24,211 nucleotides of DNA from a virus (lineage: Duplodnaviria; Caudoviricetes): IMG/VR virus record IMGVR_UViG_3300025403_000041, positions 1 through 24,211 of that record; one strand, written 5' to 3'. The position numbers and the translations under genes are program-made. The notes under the pieces are model-generated. The model did no database searches. It was not told the origin of the DNA and saw only the letters and a program-made list of their open reading frames with translations. This document shows, in pieces, positions 8,662 through 15,807 of the stretch (positions are counted from its first letter, which is position 1; the number at the start of each line of letters is the position of its first letter).

Positions 8662-11600
8662 ATGGCATTTTATAACGTATACAATCCAATCGGCGTTTCA
8701 GGTTATTCCGGTACCTCAGGTACTTCAGGTTATTCTGGTATCAGCGGCTACTCAGGCATTTCTGGCTACTCCGGCGTGTCAGGTTACTCAGGCATTTCTG
8801 GCTATAGCGGCTGGTCTGGTATTTCAGGCTACAGCGGTTATTCTGGCCAATCTGGTTTTTCTGGCTACTCTGGTATAAGCGGTTGGTCAGGTTATAGTGG
8901 TATTTCTGGCTACTCAGGCATTTCTGGTTATAGTGGTATTAGTGGTTATTCAGGTATTTCCGGCTATAGTGGTTACTCTGGTATCAGTGGTTATTCCGGT
9001 ATTTCAGGTTATTCTGGTTGGTCAGGTATAAGTGGTTATTCTGGCTGGTCCGGTATTTCTGGTTACTCTGGTTATAGTGGTTATAGCGGCATATCTGGTT
9101 ATTCAGGTATTTCAGGTTATAGTGGCTATTCTGGCTACTCAGGCATTTCCGGTTACTCCGGTATCTCAGGCTATAGTGGTATTAGCGGTTACAGTGGTTG
9201 GTCAGGTATAAGTGGTTATTCCGGCTATTCCGGTCAATCTGGTTACTCAGGTTGGTCAGGCATTTCCGGTTATTCTGGTTGGTCTGGTATTTCAGGCTTT
9301 AGCGGTATTTCCGGCTACTCCGGCATTTCTGGTTACTCAGGTTACAGCGGCTATAGCGGCATTTCTGGCTACAGTGGCTATAGTGGTATATCTGGCTACT
9401 CCGGTATTTCTGGTTGGTCTGGTATAACAGGTGCATCTATATATGGTAGAACATACTACTTCAACGAAACAAGTAGTGATCAATCACCTTATGAAGCCCT
9501 TACATTAATACCTGGTGGTGGTACTCAAAACGATGACGTTGTTGTAGTTTCAACCGGTAACAGCTCGCTTGCAAGCCCTGTACTGATTGACGGTTATTTA
9601 ACACCAGTTGGTGAGCCTGGTTTATTAGAAATACCAGCTGGTTTATGGGATATTGAGTTCTATCGTAAAGTAGATTCAAATTCAGCTAACTTTGTTTTCC
9701 AAGTTTATACTTGGGTCAATGCAACAAGCAGCACGGGTGTGCTAATTTTAAGTGCCGATTCTGGCGCTGTTACAGATACAACTGCAACATACCAAAAGAT
9801 TGGTTACGTTACTACTAACCTTACTATATTAAGTGCTGCAGATCGAATTTTAACAAAGGTTTATGCATATTCGACGAATTCATCGTCGGTATCTGCTACA
9901 TTCATTTACAACGGTTCTACAAATTATTCAGTATTACGTTCACCAATCGGCCAAGGCGTAAGTGGTGCATCTGGTTACTCTGGTTATTCTGGCTTTGGTT
10001 TATCAGGTTATTCTGGTATTTCAGGCTACAGCGGTATTTCAGGTTACTCTGGCTACTCTGGTTATAGTGGTATTTCTGGTTATAGTGGCTACTCTGGTCA
10101 ATCAGGCTTCTCTGGTTATTCCGGTATTAGTGGTTGGTCAGGTTATAGCGGTATTAGTGGTTACTCTGGTATAAGCGGCTATTCTGGTATTTCTGGCTAT
10201 AGTGGTTATTCCGGTATTAGCGGTTACTCTGGTATTAGCGGTTACAGTGGCTGGTCTGGTATTTCAGGTTACTCTGGTTATAGTGGTTATAGCGGCATAT
10301 CTGGTTATAGTGGTTACTCAGGCATTTCTGGTTACTCCGGTATTTCGGGCTATAGTGGCATTAGCGGCTACTCTGGCTACTCTGGATACAGTGGTATTTC
10401 AGGTTATAGTGGCTGGTCTGGTATTTCAGGTTATTCTGGTATTAGCGGCTATAGCGGTATATCTGGTTATAGCGGCTACAGTGGTCAATCAGGCTTTAGC
10501 GGTATTAGTGGTTGGTCAGGTTATTCCGGTTCATCTGGTATATCTGGTTACTCTGGTATCAGTGGTTACAGCGGCTGGTCTGGTATTTCAGGCTACTCTG
10601 GCTGGTCTGGTTATAGCGGTATTTCAGGTTATTCTGGTACGCCTGCTACACTACAAGGTACAATAACATATAGCAACAGCTTTAGCGCAGGTCAAGTAAT
10701 ATACAAGACTAACGGTGGTTATGCATTAGCCCAAGCTAACAGCACATCAACTGTTGATGCAATTGGTATTATTCAGTCTGCTACATCTTCACAATTTACA
10801 GTTATATATAACGGTTACATTAGCGGTCTTACAGGCTTAACTGATGGCGCTGGTTACTATCTATCTGATACAGTTGCTGGTTTATTAACTACTACAGCCC
10901 CTACAGCAAGCGGTTCAATTATCAAACCAATGCTTATTGCAATTGGTTCAACTGCCGGTTTAGTAGTAGAGTACCCTGGCACTCAAATCGGTTCAACAAA
11001 TAACGGTACAAGCGGTTATTTGGCATACTGGACAGGACCACAAACACTTGGTAATAGTTTAATCACTCAAACCAGTACAGGCATTATAGTAGCAGGTAGC
11101 TTAAGTGCTACATCAATTAGTGCTACTAACTTATATGCATTAAATGAGTATTCAGTATCTGCAGTTAACCTTTCAGCTACTTCACTCGTATTACCATATA
11201 ACTCCGATACAATAACAAATAGAGGTATATTAACTGTTGGAACTTATACTTCAGCACAATCAGGTCAATTAGCTACATTTGCTGGAGCAGATACAACTTG
11301 GTCTAACGTTACACTACAAAACACAAATAGCGGTAATACTTCTTACGCAGCATATATTGTAGCAAATAACGGGTACAATAGTTACCTCGAAATGGGCGTA
11401 AACAGTACAAATTATAGTTATAGTGCAGCAAGTTACCCAAATAATAGCTTATCTCTTGCTAATGCAAACTGGATCGAATCAACCGGTGGTGATTTAGCAA
11501 TTGCAACGTGGGGTAGTAATCCAATTCACTTCGTTGTAAACGGTGGTACAGCTACAAACGATTCATTAACAATTGGTGCTAACGGTTACGTTGGTGTTAA

Positions 11601-12057
11601 TACTCAAACACCTAATGCTTATCTAACTGTTAACGGTTCGTTATCAACTACAGGTGTAACAACTGAATCAACAGTATTTGAAACAACAACCAATACGGGT
11701 TCTGCTCCAACAGTTACAACCAACTTCGATGTATTAACACAAGGTATACAATATTATACTTCTAACAATACTACAAATTGGGCAGTTAACGTACGCGGTA
11801 ACAGCAGTACAACACTAAACAGCATATTGAATATCGGTCAGACAGTTACAATTGCAATGCTAACAACTAACGGCTCTGTAGCTTATTACTTGTCAGCTTG
11901 TCAAATTGACGGTACTACAACAGCTGCTAAGTGGCAGGGTGGTTCAGCTCCTTCGTCGGGTCATGCTAATTCGGTAGATGTATATACATTATCGATTACA
12001 AAGACAAGCAACACTCCATCATATACATTACTTGCTTCACAAGCACAATTCGCATAA
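8662..12057 (+). CDS. Virion fibre protein 3 (1131 aa) with very long G-X-S repeats
   Basis: Two long G-X-S blocks around a beta-sandwich domain, the duplicated domain, GYVGVNTQTPNAYLTVNG trimeric fibre motif, and a C-terminal KWQGGSAPS...DVYT...LLASQAQFA domain. Confidence 0.78.
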   Translation: MAFYNVYNPIGVSGYSGTSGTSGYSGISGYSGISGYSGVSGYSGISGYSGWSGISGYSGYSGQSGFSGYSGISGWSGYSGISGYSGISGYSGISGYSGISGYSGYSGISGYSGISGYSGWSGISGYSGWSGISGYSGYSGYSGISGYSGISGYSGYSGYSGISGYSGISGYSGISGYSGWSGISGYSGYSGQSGYSGWSGISGYSGWSGISGFSGISGYSGISGYSGYSGYSGISGYSGYSGISGYSGISGWSGITGASIYGRTYYFNETSSDQSPYEALTLIPGGGTQNDDVVVVSTGNSSLASPVLIDGYLTPVGEPGLLEIPAGLWDIEFYRKVDSNSANFVFQVYTWVNATSSTGVLILSADSGAVTDTTATYQKIGYVTTNLTILSAADRILTKVYAYSTNSSSVSATFIYNGSTNYSVLRSPIGQGVSGASGYSGYSGFGLSGYSGISGYSGISGYSGYSGYSGISGYSGYSGQSGFSGYSGISGWSGYSGISGYSGISGYSGISGYSGYSGISGYSGISGYSGWSGISGYSGYSGYSGISGYSGYSGISGYSGISGYSGISGYSGYSGYSGISGYSGWSGISGYSGISGYSGISGYSGYSGQSGFSGISGWSGYSGSSGISGYSGISGYSGWSGISGYSGWSGYSGISGYSGTPATLQGTITYSNSFSAGQVIYKTNGGYALAQANSTSTVDAIGIIQSATSSQFTVIYNGYISGLTGLTDGAGYYLSDTVAGLLTTTAPTASGSIIKPMLIAIGSTAGLVVEYPGTQIGSTNNGTSGYLAYWTGPQTLGNSLITQTSTGIIVAGSLSATSISATNLYALNEYSVSAVNLSATSLVLPYNSDTITNRGILTVGTYTSAQSGQLATFAGADTTWSNVTLQNTNSGNTSYAAYIVANNGYNSYLEMGVNSTNYSYSAASYPNNSLSLANANWIESTGGDLAIATWGSNPIHFVVNGGTATNDSLTIGANGYVGVNTQTPNAYLTVNGSLSTTGVTTESTVFETTTNTGSAPTVTTNFDVLTQGIQYYTSNNTTNWAVNVRGNSSTTLNSILNIGQTVTIAMLTTNGSVAYYLSACQIDGTTTAAKWQGGSAPSSGHANSVDVYTLSITKTSNTPSYTLLASQAQFA
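8692..9438 (+). repeat. G-X-S block 5 (83 consecutive triplets)
   Basis: 747 nt with Gly every third residue; X = Y, I, W, F, V, Q, T, A. Confidence 0.95.
9955..10638 (+). repeat. G-X-S block 6
   Basis: 684 nt; one register break (SGFGLSG); shares an exact 42-nt match with block 5 (9061..9102 = 10267..10308). Confidence 0.95.
10660..11058 (+). repeat. Copy 2 of ~135-aa duplicated domain
   Basis: Paralog of 6264..6668; also begins a few residues after a G-X-S block. Confidence 0.95.
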
Positions 12058-12082
12058 TAACACAAGTTATTATTACAAAATT

Positions 12083-12110
12083 AAAGCGCATAGAAATATG
12101 CGCTTTTTTT
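12083..12110 (+). terminator. Rho-independent terminator (probably bidirectional)
   Basis: AAAGCGCATA-GAAA-TATGCGCTTT-TTTT, GNRA loop; between convergent genes. Confidence 0.92.
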
Positions 12111-12132
12111 ATGTTTAAAATTAAAATAAAAC

Positions 12133-13776
12133 CTAACTATTTTTAATAGTATTAAATACTAACTGCTTTAGTTGTTCAGGTAAGCCTTGAGCTATACCAA
12201 CACTAAAAGTTTTATAATCATTAGCACGAGCAGCTGCTCTTACTTTAGAAGCACTCATACCAGTAACACCTTCAGCGTCTGGATCTCTATCCCCGGAGCT
12301 TACAAATGTGTAATCAGGTATATTGTATGCAATATCCCCATGGGCGTCTGGTTTATTTACGTACTGTTTAATTAGACGTTCATATTCAGGTAAACGATCT
12401 GAACCAGCTATATGAATAACCCTATTATATCCGCTTTTACTTAAGTATCCAAGTACAGCAAATAGAGTCTTACCTTCTGGTAGTACTTGAACATTCTTAG
12501 GGGATATAGCTTGTAATACCTGTGCTTTAAGTTCAAAAGGTAATGGATTATCTTTATTAACTGTATGAGAAGGGAATATTGCTGTTAATTGAGCTTTATT
12601 TTGTGCACCTGTTTGAGATAGTGTTTGTAATAAAGCTTGATGTCCCATTGTTGGTGGGTTAAATCTACCATAAGTTATAACTGCTGTTTTAACTGGTCCG
12701 GTAGGTTCTTTTCTATAAGGACTTGCTGCTGCGTTTCTTACAAAAAAGTCTCCTGTTATTTTAAATTGTTTAATTGATACAGCCGGGTTGTTTATAACAA
12801 CACCTTCTTGTTCAGAAGGTTTACCTAAATCAGAATTCATTGCATCAAGTATTGCCTTACCGAGTAATCTTGTAGCGTGCCAAAACACAATACAGTTTGT
12901 AGCAACTGGTAAACTTTCTGGTGCAACTATACTGTTAATATCAACCCCGTTTTGTACTACATCTAAATATAGAGCTTGATTGATACCGGTTGCTGGTTTA
13001 GCGCCACCTAACCTCTTAATTACTTTATTAACCGGGTTAACAGCTGTACTTAACCATTGCTTTAATGTTTTAGTTTTACCGTTAATAGTTAATTCAGAAC
13101 TTAATGCAGCATTAAAATCAGGCTTACCTGTCATTTTTGCTAATGTCTGATGTATAACGTTAAAACCAAATTCTTGTGCTACTACGTTTACTTTTTTAAC
13201 GTATGCATTTAAAACATCTGTATTAAAAGGTAAATGCTCGCTACCATAACTCTTTGTACCTTTTTTAGCGCTAATTGTTTCTGTAATTTTAGCAGGGTAA
13301 TGAATAGCTAAAAATTTATTATTATACCCTATTATATTTGAAGTACCAGCTACATATTCGGTGTTAAAGAATATATTTGGATCATCATACAGACCCAATT
13401 CTTTTAATTCTTTTGTTGTTTGTGGTAGTGCTTTGTTAAAAATATTAAGCACTTGTTCATAAGATTTAATTGCACCTGGTGACTCTGCAAAACGAGTATT
13501 TAAATAAGATAAGGTAGCAGGAGGGCCTTCCATATCTATCTTTGCACCTCTATAAATAGCAAACTCTTTACCGTGTTCTGTATCTACTAACCGCACACTC
13601 ACATTAGTGCCATCAATTTTAACTGGAGCACCTTTTAGTGCAAGATAGTCTGCAGATTTTTGGTACAAACCTAATAGATCTTTACCAGTTTTTATCTCGG
13701 GTAAATTAAGCGGATGAAGCATATGCCCACCTGCACCACCTTCATTTAAGAGAAAATATTGTTTAAATGAAAGCAT
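12133..13776 (-). CDS. Fusion of an RNA/DNA-ligase-like covalent nucleotidyltransferase domain and a class I (HxGH) cytidylyl/adenylyltransferase-like domain
   Basis: N-domain: KIDGTN (motif I KxDGxN, 13603..13620), FNTEY, EGVVI (motif IV, 12793..12807), FKITG (motif V). C-domain: ITYGRFNPPTMGH (12640..12669), NPLPFELK, AGSDR, MSASKVR. N-terminus MLSFKQYFLLNE resembles a T4 capsid-targeting sequence. Confidence 0.78.
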   Translation of the reverse strand: MLSFKQYFLLNEGGAGGHMLHPLNLPEIKTGKDLLGLYQKSADYLALKGAPVKIDGTNVSVRLVDTEHGKEFAIYRGAKIDMEGPPATLSYLNTRFAESPGAIKSYEQVLNIFNKALPQTTKELKELGLYDDPNIFFNTEYVAGTSNIIGYNNKFLAIHYPAKITETISAKKGTKSYGSEHLPFNTDVLNAYVKKVNVVAQEFGFNVIHQTLAKMTGKPDFNAALSSELTINGKTKTLKQWLSTAVNPVNKVIKRLGGAKPATGINQALYLDVVQNGVDINSIVAPESLPVATNCIVFWHATRLLGKAILDAMNSDLGKPSEQEGVVINNPAVSIKQFKITGDFFVRNAAASPYRKEPTGPVKTAVITYGRFNPPTMGHQALLQTLSQTGAQNKAQLTAIFPSHTVNKDNPLPFELKAQVLQAISPKNVQVLPEGKTLFAVLGYLSKSGYNRVIHIAGSDRLPEYERLIKQYVNKPDAHGDIAYNIPDYTFVSSGDRDPDAEGVTGMSASKVRAAARANDYKTFSVGIAQGLPEQLKQLVFNTIKNS

Positions 13777-13777
13777 A

Positions 13778-14170
13778 TCAATCTATTTTCTTTAAACCTA
13801 AAACTGATTTAGCTATATATTGAAATAATTGCTCTTTAGAAACTGTATCGGTTGCACCAAGCTTTGTAAACTTTTGCTGCCAAGCTTCTATATCTTTTGT
13901 AATTTTATTTAAAACCACTTCAAGTTCTTTTAAAGCTTCGTCTGTTTGTTTTTTCTCATTCGAAGTAACAGGATCAAACAAGCCAACAAGCTGAGAGCTT
14001 AATGCTGTGTTTGGTTGTAACGGATCTATTGCGCTTTCTTTTTCGTTATCTACTTCCTCTAAAGAATCTTCATAACCCACACCACCGTTAAAGCCACTTG
14101 CATCTGTCCAACTCTCTTTATACACATGTTGTATATATTTTTCGGATAATAATTTATATTCTTTGGACAT
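13778..14170 (-). CDS. Hypothetical protein, putative internal head protein
   Basis: 130 aa; N-terminus MSKEYKLLSEKY; helical C-terminus; its TGA stop lies 1 nt before the ATG of the fusion gene; TAAGTA upstream. Confidence 0.65.
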   Translation of the reverse strand: MSKEYKLLSEKYIQHVYKESWTDASGFNGGVGYEDSLEEVDNEKESAIDPLQPNTALSSQLVGLFDPVTSNEKKQTDEALKELEVVLNKITKDIEAWQQKFTKLGATDTVSKEQLFQYIAKSVLGLKKID

Positions 14171-14181
14171 ATCTTGTTAAA

Positions 14182-14187
14182 TACTTA
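14182..14187 (-). promoter_or_regulatory. Late-promoter-like box (CA)TAAGTA
   Basis: 11 nt before ATG 14170 on the minus strand. Confidence 0.65.
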
Positions 14188-14215
14188 TGGACTTTCAGCA
14201 AAAATACACTATATT
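14188..14215 (+). promoter_or_regulatory. Possible sigma70-type promoter TGGACT-N16-TATATT
   Basis: Near-consensus -35/-10 ending 6 nt before ATG 14222; this gene lacks the TAARTA box. Confidence 0.35.
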
Positions 14216-14221
14216 AGTTTT

Positions 14222-14725
14222 ATGGGAATGTATGACACAATAACAGTAAAAGATAAGCTGCCTTGGACCGACGAAATGTGGGAAGAAGGATTGCCTAATA
14301 AATGTGCGTCATTTCAAGCTAAAGGCTTGATAGAATGTTTAGCTAACTATAAAATCGAAAACGGTAGACTGTTATTGCAAGAATCCGAAAAGAAATGGAC
14401 TGATCAAAACTACCACGGTAAGCTTAGTTTTTATGATTATGCTCCAAATGATAAAATTGGTAATAATGATTGCTGGGTAGAGTTTGTTGCAACATTTACC
14501 AACGGTCAAGTAGATAAGATTGAAGTATCTAAATTTGAGAAAAACGATAACACTGAACGCATTGAAAAATGGAACCAAGTATTGTCGGAAATACTACACG
14601 AAAGAAAGCGCTGGATTAATAGATTCTTCTTCCACACTAAACCAGTACGCTGGACACGTAGACGTATACACGAAGTTTTGTACTATATTGGAGACTTTTT
14701 TACAAGGCTAAGTTATAAGTTTTAA
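14222..14725 (+). CDS. Hypothetical phage protein (MGMYD N-terminus)
   Basis: Start moved from TTG 14174 to ATG 14222; MGMYDTI...FQAKGL...YKIENGRL...WVEFVATFTNG pattern; basic/aromatic C-terminal helix. Confidence 0.7.
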   Translation: MGMYDTITVKDKLPWTDEMWEEGLPNKCASFQAKGLIECLANYKIENGRLLLQESEKKWTDQNYHGKLSFYDYAPNDKIGNNDCWVEFVATFTNGQVDKIEVSKFEKNDNTERIEKWNQVLSEILHERKRWINRFFFHTKPVRWTRRRIHEVLYYIGDFFTRLSYKF

Positions 14726-14726
14726 G

Positions 14727-14732
14727 TAAGTA
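14727..14732 (+). promoter_or_regulatory. Late-promoter-like box TAAGTA (tandem TAAGTAAGTA)
   Basis: 9 nt before ATG 14742. Confidence 0.65.
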
Positions 14733-14741
14733 ATAACTTAC

Positions 14742-15803
14742 ATGGAAAACCTAACGTTTGAGTTTCATAATGAGCTTAACCCGCTGTTGTGGGAAAATGG
14801 CAAGCTAAAGCCAGAAATTCAAGACAAGCTTTTGGAAATTGCTCAAGCGTTTTTAGACACAATTGATATTGATGTTGATGTAGAAGATGTTACTCTAACT
14901 GGTTCATTAGCAAACTATAACTACACAAAGTATAGTGACTTTGATTTACATATTATAACAGATTATACCGATTATAAGGTTGATACTGAACTACTTAAGG
15001 ATTATTTTAACGCTAAAAAAACTGTTTGGAATACAACACGTGATATTACTATAAAGGGTTACGATGTAGAGGTTTATATACAAGATATAAACGAGCCTCA
15101 TCATTCAACCGGGGTGTATTCTCTTAAAAACGACGAATGGATAAAAAAACCAAGCGCAACTAAAGAAAAGGCAGAGATAGATCTTTCCCTTGTCGGTAAA
15201 AAGAAACAGGCAATGTTGGATATGATTAATTTTGCTTTAAGTGATGACTGTGATGTAGAGTGTGCTGAAAAAGCTAAAGAAAAGTTTATGGAGCTTAGAA
15301 AGGCAGGTTTAGACAAAGGTGGAGAGTTTTCACCGGAAAATCTTGCTTTTAAAGAGTTACGTAGATCTGGAGATGTTGAAAGACTTGTTCAAGGTATACT
15401 TGCAAAGAAAGATAAACAATTATCACTGGATAGTGTACAAAGATTACAAGAAAAGAATTTTAAGTCGTTTATGAGTGTCTTTAATAAGCGTGGACCTCGC
15501 CACCGTCAGCTCAAAGCTGGATTGTCAAGTTTAGGTAAGATAGGTACAGATAAAGTTAAAAGTATTGGCATGGTTGCACAGATGCATAAAATAAACAAAA
15601 ATGATACCGTACCTGTACACAACCTAAAAAAGAAAGAACTTGGTAGTGGGCCTATTACTAACGATGTTGCACAAAATATTATTGCTCAATACAACTTGGA
15701 TATAAATAAAATTAAATCCGGGCAACCTCGCAAACTCAGTACAAGTAATATAGAAATAGGGTTTGATTCACAGAATAATGTGTTTTATTTGCGTAAGTAT
15801 TAA
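14742..15803 (+). CDS. DNA polymerase beta-superfamily nucleotidyltransferase with basic C-terminal extension
   Basis: GS-x10-DxD signature TGSLANYNYTKYSDFDLH (14901..14945), third acidic residue in DVEVY, GVYSL..DEWI, LRKAGL..GGEFSPENLAFKELRR. Confidence 0.85.
   Translation: MENLTFEFHNELNPLLWENGKLKPEIQDKLLEIAQAFLDTIDIDVDVEDVTLTGSLANYNYTKYSDFDLHIITDYTDYKVDTELLKDYFNAKKTVWNTTRDITIKGYDVEVYIQDINEPHHSTGVYSLKNDEWIKKPSATKEKAEIDLSLVGKKKQAMLDMINFALSDDCDVECAEKAKEKFMELRKAGLDKGGEFSPENLAFKELRRSGDVERLVQGILAKKDKQLSLDSVQRLQEKNFKSFMSVFNKRGPRHRQLKAGLSSLGKIGTDKVKSIGMVAQMHKINKNDTVPVHNLKKKELGSGPITNDVAQNIIAQYNLDINKIKSGQPRKLSTSNIEIGFDSQNNVFYLRKY
15794..15799 (+). promoter_or_regulatory. Late-promoter-like box TAAGTA embedded in final codons (RKY) of upstream gene
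   Basis: 8 nt before ATG 15808. Confidence 0.6.
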
Positions 15804-15807
15804 TCTT

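Noticed and set aside
8692-9438. Ice-nucleation protein
   Set aside because: Bacterial INPs have 8/16-residue AGYGSTxT repeats; here the period is 3 with no TxT motif.
3717-10638. CRISPR array or non-coding satellite
   Set aside because: Period is 9 nt, in frame, with variation at synonymous and X positions; no constant repeat/unique spacer structure.
9212-10666. Val/Leu/Ala-rich ORFs 9212..9427, 9962..10174, 10202..10666 (also 5980..6177)
   Set aside because: Alternate-frame shadows of the G-X-S repeats; no leader motif.
6264-11058. Diversity-generating retroelement TR/VR pair
   Set aside because: Both copies are internal coding domains, differences are not adenine-specific, and no reverse transcriptase is in the window.
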